Of a stretch of DNA of 64,000 bases, positions 10,233-20,392 are shown one piece after another. Below the pieces are notes generated by a model. It did not search any database. It was not told the DNA's origin and was given only the letters and a program-made list of their open reading frames with translations. The position numbers and the translations under genes are program-made. The stretch comes from Promethearchaeota archaeon. GTDB lineage: Archaea; Asgardarchaeota; Heimdallarchaeia; Hodarchaeales; Hodarchaeaceae. The stretch's first letter is position 1, and each line of letters begins with the position of its first letter. Location: positions 183,318 through 247,317 of the forward strand of contig JBHLMN010000005.1 of assembly GCA_048938105.1 (NCBI GenBank), in the 5' to 3' direction.

Positions 10233-11435
10233 TTATCTAAAAAGATTGTAATATGATTTTTTCAGCTTAATTGATTGTGTTTCCCACCAGAGTTCTTCAA
10301 ATTCTTTAAGATTTACTTCAGAAGATACATGTGTCTCAGTGACTAATTTTATCAATGCATCATTTATTTCATCTGCAACTGGATTTACTGCTAATCCAAA
10401 AGGAAGTTTGTTTGCCAAGGCTTTCATTTCGCCAAAATTACTTGTAAGAAATCTTTTTCTAAATCTTGCAGCATATAAAACTTTCGTGGGAATGGAAATA
10501 ACATAATCCCTTATTTTTGGATACATTGCATACACTAAATCACAAATGCAAAATATCTCAGTAATTTCATAATTAGAAATCGCATCAAATACTAAGACAT
10601 TATCTTGAATACCTTTGGAATGAATTAACTTTTGAAGATGTCTTCGATACGCAGAACCCGTTGATGAACCACCAATAAGAATTACTTTTACCTTTTTTAC
10701 TTTAATCAAATCTGGTACAGCTTCTATTAGCTCTTTAAGACATCTACCTGGATTAATTGCTCCTGGATATACAATAGTGAATTCAGAATCATCTACTTGC
10801 CACTTTTTTTCCAATGCTGATTTTTCCGAAGCTAAATGATAAATTCTGTTTTGAGTAATGGATGGTGCATTAAATAATACTTGGATATCTTTGACTCCAT
10901 ACCTCCTTATGAATACGTTTGCTTTTGCATTCTCTGCGGTAAACATCAGGTCAACTCGATTTGATAGAAATTTCTCTAACTCTATTATGAGATTAATTAA
11001 GGAGTTATACGTTATTTCGTCAGAAGCAAGTAGTGCAGGATAGTATTCGTGTGAATCGTATACTACATAGGCGTTTTTCATTTTGGCAATACAAAATGCA
11101 AGTGGTAATGTTGTGAAGTCATGTGCTTGATATACTGAATAACGAGGGAGTTTTAGCAGTTGAAAAAACAGTAGGATATTAAATAAAAATAAGTCTTTTA
11201 TCTTTTTAACATTCTTTGGAGAGTTTGTATTGGTTCTAATGATTTTAATGTTTTTATGTGATCCATGAGTGGATTCTCCTGGTCTTTTCCAGGCAAAAAC
11301 AGTCACATCAAAAGCTTTCGTATTAATTAATGATCTTGCTTCCCTGAAAACCCTAGGATCACCTGGATATGTATTGAATAACAGCATTGCAACAGTTTTT
11401 TGCATAGTGATCATCAAGATCCAATGAGAGCTCAA
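10233..11435 (-). CDS. glycosyltransferase family 4
   Basis: DPRVFREA, HDF, YDSHEYYP, YPGAI and PTKVLY motifs; the true start may be the later ATG (MQKTV). Confidence 0.9.
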   Translation of the reverse strand: MSSHWILMITMQKTVAMLLFNTYPGDPRVFREARSLINTKAFDVTVFAWKRPGESTHGSHKNIKIIRTNTNSPKNVKKIKDLFLFNILLFFQLLKLPRYSVYQAHDFTTLPLAFCIAKMKNAYVVYDSHEYYPALLASDEITYNSLINLIIELEKFLSNRVDLMFTAENAKANVFIRRYGVKDIQVLFNAPSITQNRIYHLASEKSALEKKWQVDDSEFTIVYPGAINPGRCLKELIEAVPDLIKVKKVKVILIGGSSTGSAYRRHLQKLIHSKGIQDNVLVFDAISNYEITEIFCICDLVYAMYPKIRDYVISIPTKVLYAARFRKRFLTSNFGEMKALANKLPFGLAVNPVADEINDALIKLVTETHVSSEVNLKEFEELWWETQSIKLKKSYYNLFR

Positions 11436-11718
11436 AGTAATCTGATTATTTTCTCTAGTTTTTTCATGTTTGCACTTAAACCTTTTTAAGAATATAACGA
11501 ATTATAAGAACTCTGATCAGTAAGTATTCTCTATAGAATACGAATAATCCTTGGCTTTTAAAAAAATACTCAAATAGAACATAAAATAAGCTTGGGTATT
11601 TTTTGCTCAGTATCGTTTTTTTTAATTAATCTAAGGCTATTTATCTTTACAAAAACAAATAATCTTCTTTAATTTTAGTGAAAATTGTATTTCTATTATA
11701 TTTATTTTAATTAATTAT

Positions 11719-11747
11719 AAATTCTCAATGGAAAGGTTATATTTATA
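11719..11747 (+). promoter_or_regulatory. 29-bp BRE/TATA-containing upstream element, copy 1
   Basis: aaattctcaatggaaaggttatatttata, 27/29 identical to 13035..13063; upstream of the DUF354 gene. Confidence 0.55.
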
Positions 11748-11943
11748 TATAAGGCACAATTGACACTATCTACAAGAATTTTCCAAAGATACTCAATATT
11801 AAATGTCCATTTTATTGGTCACAAAAGGATAAAATTGTAGAAGAGAGACTTAAAAGATTTATAGACATCTATAAAGAGAGAATTGGAACCTTCAAGAACA
11901 TTGTTAAGAAGTTCAAATCGATCAGAAATGGTAAAATAAAACA

Positions 11944-12981
11944 ATGAGAATACTTATAGATATTGGACATCCAGCGCAGGTTCATCTTTTTAAGCACTTT
12001 ATTTCTGAAATTGAAAAGAAAGGGCATAAGGTTGCACTTACCGCACGAGATAAAGATGTAGTAATAAACCTCTTGAAGGCATATAAAATACCTTTCAGAA
12101 ACCTTGGGAAATATCACGGCACATTAGGAAAGGTGACATCTCTTGTAAATTTTAATATTAAGCTTTTTGGAATATCTAAGAAATTCAAACCTGACCTATT
12201 TATAAGTTCAGGATCTATCCATGCCACACAAACATCGACACTCCTTAGGAAATATTCAATCATATTTCTAGATACTGAACATCACAGTGTACCACAATTT
12301 CAAAACCTGGTCGGACGTTTTACAGATGTAATTTATACTCCTAGTTGTTTTGAAAAAAACTTAGGATCAAATCACCGTCGGTATAATGGTTACCATGAAT
12401 TAGCTTATCTTCATCCACAGTATTTCAAATCTAATGGAGATATTTTAGAAAAAATTGGTCTATCGAAAGATGAAAAGATAATTTTAGTAAGACATGTGGC
12501 TTGGAATGCACAGCATGATATAGGTCAATCAGGTTTAAGACGCGACGATAAAGATTTCTTGAAGAAACTTGAGGATTATGGAACAGTTATATTAACTTCA
12601 GAAAAACAAGTTCCACGTTACTATCGAAAATATGTTTATATTTTTCCACCTGAGGAAATGCACAATATTCTGTATTATTCTAGCCTGTACATTGGAGAAG
12701 GCGCAACAATGACAACTGAAAGTGCTTTACTTGGAACACCAGCGATATATGTTAATAGTATAAAATGTGGGACAATAAATGAGCTGGCAAAATTCGGTTT
12801 AGTTAAAAAATTTCACAAATATTCTGCAAATGAAATACTAGAAGTAGCTATTGACATTTTAGAAGATCCCTCTTCAAAGAAAAATGCTCAAAAAAAGAGC
12901 AAACAACTGATTAAACAAAAGATCAATGTAACACAATTTATGGTTCAAGAAGTTGAAAAAATTGCCAAATTAATTAACTGA
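11944..12981 (+). CDS. DUF354 family putative glycosyltransferase (GT-B)
   Basis: MRILIDIGHPAQVHLFK, TARDKD, YNGYHELAYLHP and GEGATMTTESALLGTP motifs. Confidence 0.9.
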   Translation: MRILIDIGHPAQVHLFKHFISEIEKKGHKVALTARDKDVVINLLKAYKIPFRNLGKYHGTLGKVTSLVNFNIKLFGISKKFKPDLFISSGSIHATQTSTLLRKYSIIFLDTEHHSVPQFQNLVGRFTDVIYTPSCFEKNLGSNHRRYNGYHELAYLHPQYFKSNGDILEKIGLSKDEKIILVRHVAWNAQHDIGQSGLRRDDKDFLKKLEDYGTVILTSEKQVPRYYRKYVYIFPPEEMHNILYYSSLYIGEGATMTTESALLGTPAIYVNSIKCGTINELAKFGLVKKFHKYSANEILEVAIDILEDPSSKKNAQKKSKQLIKQKINVTQFMVQEVEKIAKLIN

Positions 12982-13034
12982 AGATTTCATTTTCAAGAAT
13001 ACAAAAGTAAATCCAGTTCATAAGGATTATAATG

Positions 13035-13063
13035 AAATTCGCAATGGAAAGGTTACATTTATA
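13035..13063 (+). promoter_or_regulatory. 29-bp BRE/TATA-containing upstream element, copy 2
   Basis: aaattcgcaatggaaaggttacatttata, upstream of the asparagine-synthetase-like gene. Confidence 0.55.
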
Positions 13064-13130
13064 ATTGACGCTTTCAAACTATCAAAAGAAATATTTATAG
13101 TAAGGTAATAATGCCTTTATTTGAAGATCG

Positions 13131-15041
13131 GTGGAAATTTTAATGACCCATTTTTATGCTGAATTCTTTCAAACTGGATATTCAAGTGATGCAAAAGAAG
13201 AATTGAAGGAGTTATTTCAAACAAAGTATAATAATTTTGAATTCATTGACCAAGATGGGTTCTTCTTATATGCAGCTGATATTAACAAAAGAAACTTTGA
13301 AATTCAAAAATATGACTCAATGATTGTCTTTTCAATGAATAAACTAAGAAATCCTCCACTAGATACCACTAATACAAAATATGTTAGGAATTATCAAAAT
13401 GGTTATTCGAGCATTATCTCATATAATAGGGAATTACATGAAATTGAGATAATCACAGATCCTTTTGGACTTGATTATATTTATATCGCAGCAATTGATG
13501 AGAAAAGGATCGCAATTTCATCACACATGAAGTATATCTTAGCACATCATACCCACCTATTAAATAAACTAGATTATGATGCCATTATTGAATATTTATT
13601 TAGTCATTTTATTTTTGGGCACAAGACTTTTTTTGTAGATGTCAAGCTCCTCCCTTACAACTCGATAATCAAGTTGAAAAATTGGAAGAGTAATGCTCAT
13701 GAATTAATTAATGATGGTATGGCAGAAAAACAATTTTGGTATAAATTTCCCACAAATTATGAAGAGAATCTTGACTTTAATGAGAAATCGAACGAAGTAG
13801 CAAATTTATTGAAAAGATTAATCGGAACTTTCTATGCTAATCAAGAGTCAGATGTTTCATTTTTATTGTCAGGGGGTTTGGATTCGAGACTATTAGTATC
13901 TACAATAAATGATAATTTTAAGAGTAGATCAGAAGCTTTAACATTTGATAGATCTCCAAAAGGAACAGAAATACCAAGAGCTCTTGAAGTAACAAATATA
14001 GTAAGAATTCCACATCATACACGGATTGTAACCCAAAATGATATTGTTGAAAATTGGATTAACCATATGTGGTCAACTGAAGGAATATCAACTCATGCTG
14101 TTAGTCATTTTCTTAAACTTCTGGAGATCAGTAAAGGAAATAAAGTATATATAGATGGTTATATGGGCGATACTCAATTGGGTGGATCTTTCCTTGGGAA
14201 TATTGAAGAGGAAGTCAAAAGAGGAAAAACTTCACACGAACGTCTATATTTAGCCATAATAGGACATGGTTATACTTTTCCTGAAAAAGTGTTCTCTTCG
14301 ATTTTGAACAACGATATTAATAGTTTGAAGGAAATATTGGTTCAGGGAGTAAAGGAACAATCCAATATGATGTGGGAGACTGAAAACGACATTCTAGATT
14401 TAGAATGTCTTTTACTTCATACCCGCGGGCGTCGTTATACCTTTGGTGGCTCAAGAGTAGTTAGCAATTATGGACCAGTAATGTATCCTTATTATCATCC
14501 TGAAATATTCTCAAAGTATATTGTACTTCAACCAGAATTAAGGAAGAAAAGGAAATTCGAAATAAATACACTGACAAGTTTGAATCCAGATTTAGCTTCA
14601 TTGTCATCAACATCACGTATATGGTACCGTAGATTTAAAATTGGTGTAATTGGGTACAAATTTCTAGTATTCCTTGAATCAATTTTTCGCCACCGTTTAA
14701 TTCCTGCCTATTCACCTGTTCCTATTTTTGAATGGTTGCGAAAAGAAGGGCCATACAGAGATTTATATGATGATCTTCTAATGGATGATAATTCATTGAT
14801 GTGGAATTTATTAGACAACGAAGAAACTAAAAAGGTCTTTCATGATTTTTTTAAGCGAAAAAACAACTATTATAAGGTATTACGGTACATCGTTGATCTT
14901 GAGTTGACATTACGTCTCTTTTTTTCCTTGAGAGAGGTTAATACGGATGTCAGAATGATTAGTAATGTTCTCAAATTTGATAAACATTTCAAAGTTGATT
15001 GTGAATTATCAGAACTAAAAAATAAAACGAGACTTAATTAA
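13131..15041 (+). CDS. asparagine synthetase-like ATP-dependent amide ligase (no N-terminal catalytic Cys)
   Basis: TDPFG, LSGGLDSR PP-loop and DGYMGD motifs; the N-terminus lacks Cys2. Confidence 0.85.
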   Translation: MEILMTHFYAEFFQTGYSSDAKEELKELFQTKYNNFEFIDQDGFFLYAADINKRNFEIQKYDSMIVFSMNKLRNPPLDTTNTKYVRNYQNGYSSIISYNRELHEIEIITDPFGLDYIYIAAIDEKRIAISSHMKYILAHHTHLLNKLDYDAIIEYLFSHFIFGHKTFFVDVKLLPYNSIIKLKNWKSNAHELINDGMAEKQFWYKFPTNYEENLDFNEKSNEVANLLKRLIGTFYANQESDVSFLLSGGLDSRLLVSTINDNFKSRSEALTFDRSPKGTEIPRALEVTNIVRIPHHTRIVTQNDIVENWINHMWSTEGISTHAVSHFLKLLEISKGNKVYIDGYMGDTQLGGSFLGNIEEEVKRGKTSHERLYLAIIGHGYTFPEKVFSSILNNDINSLKEILVQGVKEQSNMMWETENDILDLECLLLHTRGRRYTFGGSRVVSNYGPVMYPYYHPEIFSKYIVLQPELRKKRKFEINTLTSLNPDLASLSSTSRIWYRRFKIGVIGYKFLVFLESIFRHRLIPAYSPVPIFEWLRKEGPYRDLYDDLLMDDNSLMWNLLDNEETKKVFHDFFKRKNNYYKVLRYIVDLELTLRLFFSLREVNTDVRMISNVLKFDKHFKVDCELSELKNKTRLN

Positions 15042-16348
15042 TGAGATCACTATTTTTCTTCAAAGAAAGCATATTTTTATCTGGAGCTGCAACAATAACT
15101 CAAGTCTTTTGGTTTATCTTCAAGATTATAACCATGAGGCAAGTAACTAATTATGACTACTCAATATTCATTTTCGGTGTTTCAAGTGTTTTAGCGTTTC
15201 AACTTTTTGGCCATTTTCACTTGTTTAAATCAATGTCAATATTGATTTCAAAATATCCAACAGAAAGTTCTGAAGGAAGACAAAATGCACTTGAATCGAA
15301 AGAATACAGAGAAATAATAAAATCACATTTAACTTTAGGACTCATCTTGACCTTTGTATCTGGTATAACACTATCTGTTTTTCTTTATTTGGACACACAA
15401 AACTCCTTTATTTCTCTCGTTTATGCTGCTGATTTATTACTTCAAAATTTAATTTTATATTTCTATTTTCTATTCTTAGGCTTGAAAAAGACTGTCATAG
15501 GAGGTTTAACTCTTTTGGCTACTAACTTATTCAGACTAATTTTACTTATTGGCTTTTCCCTTCATAGAACCATTTCTTTAGAAGGTGTGATCTTATTTTA
15601 TACAATGGGTTCTTTTTTTGCTTTTCTAATGTCATTCATTTTAGCAAAACTTATATTCAACAGCAAATTCTTCCCAATTGGAAGAGATTTAAAAGAGATC
15701 TTGGAGAATTTCTCTATTATAAAAAATGGTATTTTTCTCGCACTTATTTCTATCATAGTTCAAATTTTTTCAACAATTATGTATTTTTTCATCAAATTAT
15801 TCGACTATGCTTCAAGTAAAGAAGCAGATATCTCTTTAATGTTTTGCTCTGCCTTTCTAATTTTTTTCATATCAAGTGGGGTACTTATCTCTGTAAAACC
15901 TCATCTGTTAGTAGAAAAGAGAAAATTTACAAAAGAAATTTTATTTCCTTTAGCTCTCCTTTCTAGCGTATTTACAATTCTTGTTGGGATTTTGTTATTC
16001 TTAAATTTACAAATTTATGAGGATATAAGTGGAATCATTTTTAATATACATTATAAATCCTTACAGCCATATTTGCTTATATCCCTTATCAGTATTCCCT
16101 TTCATTCGATCTACGTGGTCTGTCTAGGTTTTTCTACTGGAAATGGTTTACTAAAGAGGCAATTTAGTTGCAATTTATCTTCATTCATTATTGTTTTACC
16201 CTTTCTCATACTTTTATCTTTTTCTTATGGAGCAAAAGGCGTAATCCTTTCATATTCCTTATTCTCTTTATTTCTTGCATTTTTCTCCATAATTATCATT
16301 TTCACTTTTGAAGCGGAAAAAAGTGATTCTATTCTTTTTTGGTCTTAG
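15041..16348 (+). CDS. oligosaccharide flippase (Wzx/MOP superfamily-like)
   Basis: About 12 TM helices, C-terminal YGAKGVILS pattern, overlaps the upstream stop codon (TAATG). Confidence 0.7.
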   Translation: MRSLFFFKESIFLSGAATITQVFWFIFKIITMRQVTNYDYSIFIFGVSSVLAFQLFGHFHLFKSMSILISKYPTESSEGRQNALESKEYREIIKSHLTLGLILTFVSGITLSVFLYLDTQNSFISLVYAADLLLQNLILYFYFLFLGLKKTVIGGLTLLATNLFRLILLIGFSLHRTISLEGVILFYTMGSFFAFLMSFILAKLIFNSKFFPIGRDLKEILENFSIIKNGIFLALISIIVQIFSTIMYFFIKLFDYASSKEADISLMFCSAFLIFFISSGVLISVKPHLLVEKRKFTKEILFPLALLSSVFTILVGILLFLNLQIYEDISGIIFNIHYKSLQPYLLISLISIPFHSIYVVCLGFSTGNGLLKRQFSCNLSSFIIVLPFLILLSFSYGAKGVILSYSLFSLFLAFFSIIIIFTFEAEKSDSILFWS

Positions 16349-16467
16349 AATGAGTTATCAAGCTTCGCATAGCAGTTAGTCTCTTAGAAAGTCAGATCAA
16401 AAACACTAGTATACCTCATTATTATCTCACGGGTTCTAGTGTAATCATAAAATGAATTGGGTTTATC

Positions 16468-18900
16468 TCAACTTGGAATTTCATATAAGCGTAAATATTC
16501 AGTTTCTAAGCGTAAAATACCAGCATCTACAATTGAAGACAGTAAAGAAACTTCATAATTTCCGTATGTTGTACGAAAAAGTGGTTTTATGACATTTTCT
16601 GTAACAATAAAACCAATTCCATAAGAAATGATTGCTTCCATACCAGAGGATTCAGATACATTTAAGCTAAGTACAGGGTTTAGCAACTCATGCTCTGGAT
16701 CCTCCCCAATGAATTGGAATGGGGTAGCAGAAGTGAAAACATTATAAATGGATAGTTCGGTACGATTTATGATTTCGTCGTCTGATATCCAGCCATAATA
16801 TACATCAGCTCCTTCATTGAAGGGGTAAAGGAAGGGTTGGAAACATAATGCTTGCATTCTTCGAGCGACACTAGGATTATATACAACTACTATTTTCTCT
16901 TCTAGATTATACTCTTTTAAATACTGAGCAACTCGGATTTCATCATCGCTAAGGTAAGCTAAAGGATATTCTGAGCCTGCATTGTACTCGTACACACCAT
17001 CTAGAGAAATCAAAGCAAATAATATAATAGAAATGCATATAACTGCATTTATACTGATGAATTCAATTTTAAGTTTTTTCTTATAATCAATTTTATACTT
17101 TATGATAAAATAGATTCCAAAACTAAATAAGAAAAGAATAAATGTTCCTATCTGGTGAAATGGTAAAGTTATAACATTAATTGAGTAAAATATACTAAAA
17201 ATAAGGGGGAGAAAGCCTATAGAGTAAGTGAGAATTTTTATACGCCATTTGAGTAAAAATTGAGTGCCAAGTACGGCATAGTATGCACAGAACGGTAAGA
17301 AGAGAAGAGAAGTATATGTTGAGATTGGATAAACAAAGAATAAAAAAGTACCAAGGATTAAAAACGTTGTTGAATAGAAAAGATACTTTTCCTTATCAAT
17401 TGAACCATTAGAATGCCTTCCCTCTGATTCATTTGTTGCCTCTTCCATTATATCATTGAGGTTATTTTCCCTTTGTTCGACAGTTCGAGATTGTACTAAA
17501 AAACCTAAAATAGCTAAAGGGATAATTAATCCAATTCTTAACGTGTAATCAACAAAAAGGTTCCAAATTTTCCCTATAAAAGTTTCATTACTTATCAAAA
17601 ATTCAGCAGTCTTATCAGGATCTATTGGAAATATCATAATCCCTAAAATACATACACAAATATATACAGGTATGTAAATGTAGGGATGAATACGATGAAA
17701 GATAGTATACCTAGAAAATAACAAAGCTATACTTGCAGATAGAAAAAATAATGGGAATATAATCACAGTAAGCCCATGCATTAAGCTAGTTAAGAATAAT
17801 GAGATACAAAATAGAGCAAAATTCTTGCTATTGAAGTCATTAAAAAGCTTAAGAATGGAATAGAGAAGCAGGGGTAATAGTGCGAGGAATGGGCCTCTCA
17901 CTGAGCATGTCCAATAAGTGAATCGAAAAAATATAGGACTAGTAGCAAAAAACATGACGAAAAGGAAGATCGAGGTCTGATTCTGTCGAAAGATCAATTT
18001 TGCTAAGTAATAGCAGGTTATTATAGAAACTCCCATGAATAAAAATGAGAATATGAAGATACTAAGATCCTCAGAAAAGAAGATCAATATAATTGAAAGA
18101 ATAAATGGTCCACCAATGGGGTAGTTTGAAAATGGATATAGACCAAAATAAGATAAAGGTGTTATAATCCAGGCTGGTAAAAGTTGTTTATGAATTGCTT
18201 TTGCCATCCAAACAACAACAAAAGCATCATCTCCTATTGCATGAGGGACTCGAGGGATCCTGATTATTAGATTTATTAATATTGCAAGAAATATAGGATT
18301 TTTAACTATTTTTCTTGATTTTTGGGTAAATAAAGGAAAATAAGTTTCTTTTAAACTTACTGTTCTATCCCTCCTACTAAAAAAAAGAAAGAAAGATTCT
18401 TTAAAGCCAAATGGCTTATTCTTGCGTTCTAGAGTCACTTGCGGAATATCATCTATTATTTTTCTTATCTCTTTTTCCTCGACTCCTAATCTAGGGATAT
18501 CTACTACTGATGTTCTGATTTCTTTCTCGTCAACATTTAATCTTGGCATATCTTCTATAACTATTCTGATTTCTTTTTCATCAACACTTAATCGTGGAAT
18601 AACCTCTCTTGGTTTTTCAGTTACTTTTTTTTCACCACTCAATTTAGAAATTTGATTGATTGCTTTTCTAAATTTATCACTTGCCTCTTTTAGGCTATCT
18701 GACTTTAAATCCTGTTTTACATCCTCAATTAGATTCAAGATTTTTTTCTCATCAGCTTTCTCAGCTTTCGCGGTAAACTCTGTAATTGGTATTTGCTTTA
18801 ATTTGACCTCTGCTTTCTTAGTGTCATTTTTTCTAATAGCAGGTTTTGGATCCTTTGCTTGTTTTTTGATTTCTTTCTTTTCAGCTCTCTTTCGAGACAT
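16468..18900 (-). CDS. polytopic membrane protein, GT-C-like, with charged repeat-containing N-terminal extension
   Basis: HAIGDDAF and SYFGLYPFSNYP loop motifs, many TM helices, Lys/Glu-rich N-terminus of about 200 aa. Confidence 0.6.
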   Translation of the reverse strand: MSRKRAEKKEIKKQAKDPKPAIRKNDTKKAEVKLKQIPITEFTAKAEKADEKKILNLIEDVKQDLKSDSLKEASDKFRKAINQISKLSGEKKVTEKPREVIPRLSVDEKEIRIVIEDMPRLNVDEKEIRTSVVDIPRLGVEEKEIRKIIDDIPQVTLERKNKPFGFKESFFLFFSRRDRTVSLKETYFPLFTQKSRKIVKNPIFLAILINLIIRIPRVPHAIGDDAFVVVWMAKAIHKQLLPAWIITPLSYFGLYPFSNYPIGGPFILSIILIFFSEDLSIFIFSFLFMGVSIITCYYLAKLIFRQNQTSIFLFVMFFATSPIFFRFTYWTCSVRGPFLALLPLLLYSILKLFNDFNSKNFALFCISLFLTSLMHGLTVIIFPLFFLSASIALLFSRYTIFHRIHPYIYIPVYICVCILGIMIFPIDPDKTAEFLISNETFIGKIWNLFVDYTLRIGLIIPLAILGFLVQSRTVEQRENNLNDIMEEATNESEGRHSNGSIDKEKYLFYSTTFLILGTFLFFVYPISTYTSLLFLPFCAYYAVLGTQFLLKWRIKILTYSIGFLPLIFSIFYSINVITLPFHQIGTFILFLFSFGIYFIIKYKIDYKKKLKIEFISINAVICISIILFALISLDGVYEYNAGSEYPLAYLSDDEIRVAQYLKEYNLEEKIVVVYNPSVARRMQALCFQPFLYPFNEGADVYYGWISDDEIINRTELSIYNVFTSATPFQFIGEDPEHELLNPVLSLNVSESSGMEAIISYGIGFIVTENVIKPLFRTTYGNYEVSLLSSIVDAGILRLETEYLRLYEIPS
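18421..18600 (-). repeat. intragenic 51-nt (17-aa) tandem repeat, about 3.5 copies
   Basis: PRLSVDEKEIRIVIEDM / PRLNVDEKEIRTSVVDI / PRLGVEEKEIRKIIDDI / PQVTLERK. Confidence 0.85.
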
Positions 18901-19025
18901 TTTTCTACCAATTTCTGCGTTCTTTTGCCTCTATATTCATACGAGAAATCGAAAAAATCAACCTAAATTTTCTTTCACATTTGATTCCTTATAAGATTTG
19001 AGTTACTATTATTTTTTTTCTGCTA

Positions 19026-20204
19026 TTACAGGGCAAATATGCTATCAATTAATTTGGATAGATTTTCTTCCATATTATAGTTATTAATTATGATATTTTT
19101 ATTGATTTTCTTAATTTTTTCATTCAGATGCATATCAACCAGTACTGATTTTCCAATTATTTTTGCCATGCGATGTGGTGATTTTGTTGAAACAAAGATT
19201 GCTCTTTTTTCGTTAACTACCTCTTTATAGACTTTTAGATCTGATAAAATGGGAATACACTCACAATACATACCCTCTTGCACTGTAGCAGCTACTTGAT
19301 CCCATTTTGGAATTGAAAAGAAATAATCTGATATAAATACTAATTTTACCAGGTCTTCGGTCTCCAATACATAATTAATGAGTTTTGAATGTCTAGAAAG
19401 CTTTTTTCGTATAATTAGTTCCTCAAATTTTTCATGATATCTTGTTCTTGAAGATCCCATAAGATAAATGAAATAGGCTGGAATATTCTGTTGTAACAAT
19501 TTGAAATGAATTAATGGAAGTAGATGAATTTGATAAATTGGAGTGAATCTTCTATAGCTTAAGAATACTATAGAATTTTGTGGAATATCCATATTTTCTT
19601 TGAACGAGTTTAAAATGGAATCAGAAGGTTTTTTCCACCTTTTAAGATTAACCCCAGTGTGAAATGTTATCATCTTACTTTTAGGAATTTTATATTCATT
19701 TACTAGATGGTCAACCATGAATTTGCTTTGTGGGTGTACCAAATCCGCACGTCTCAACAACAATTTAGATATAAATTTCCTTATCCCAGATATTGAGTAG
19801 ACATCAGAACCATAAAGAGTAACGATCAGTTTTTTAGGGCGTAGAATTAGGCCTAAGAGTGCAAAATGCCCTAAATAATGAGTATGAAATATTATTTCTC
19901 TGTATTTTCTTTTCATAGAATAAAAATAAATAAAAGCTTTCAAATATCTCAAAATAATTAATTTAGAAAAGTATCCATATTTACTAGTTATTTGGAATAA
20001 TTGAATAGAAGCTGATTTGGGAAATTCTTCTCGTAGATCATTAAGAAAGGGATTTTTCTTTAAATCATAAGGGGAAATAACCAGTACATTTATGTTTTTC
20101 TTCAAGTAACCGATTATCCAGTGTATTGCAAATACACTTTCAGCATTCAAAGCTAAAATAACATTTTTTGAGGAAGCTGATGGGAAATTATGTCGTTTCA
20201 TCAT
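19026..20204 (-). CDS. glycosyltransferase family 4
   Basis: HTHY, TLYGSDV and QEGMYCECIPILSDL (GT-B C-terminal motif). Confidence 0.85.
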   Translation of the reverse strand: MMKRHNFPSASSKNVILALNAESVFAIHWIIGYLKKNINVLVISPYDLKKNPFLNDLREEFPKSASIQLFQITSKYGYFSKLIILRYLKAFIYFYSMKRKYREIIFHTHYLGHFALLGLILRPKKLIVTLYGSDVYSISGIRKFISKLLLRRADLVHPQSKFMVDHLVNEYKIPKSKMITFHTGVNLKRWKKPSDSILNSFKENMDIPQNSIVFLSYRRFTPIYQIHLLPLIHFKLLQQNIPAYFIYLMGSSRTRYHEKFEELIIRKKLSRHSKLINYVLETEDLVKLVFISDYFFSIPKWDQVAATVQEGMYCECIPILSDLKVYKEVVNEKRAIFVSTKSPHRMAKIIGKSVLVDMHLNEKIKKINKNIIINNYNMEENLSKLIDSIFAL

Positions 20205-20392
20205 CAGTTTTACCTAGAAAATGCTTCATAATATTTTTTTTTATCGTGATTAATTTGAAAAGATTTAAACCTAGGATTCTTATAAAACAGAAAAATATGG
20301 GCAATACCATCTATAATGAGTAGAATGCAACCAGATTAAAAATCAGATCTAAAATAGTAAAATATGATTGCTAAAGGGTTGAAAAGGAAGAA

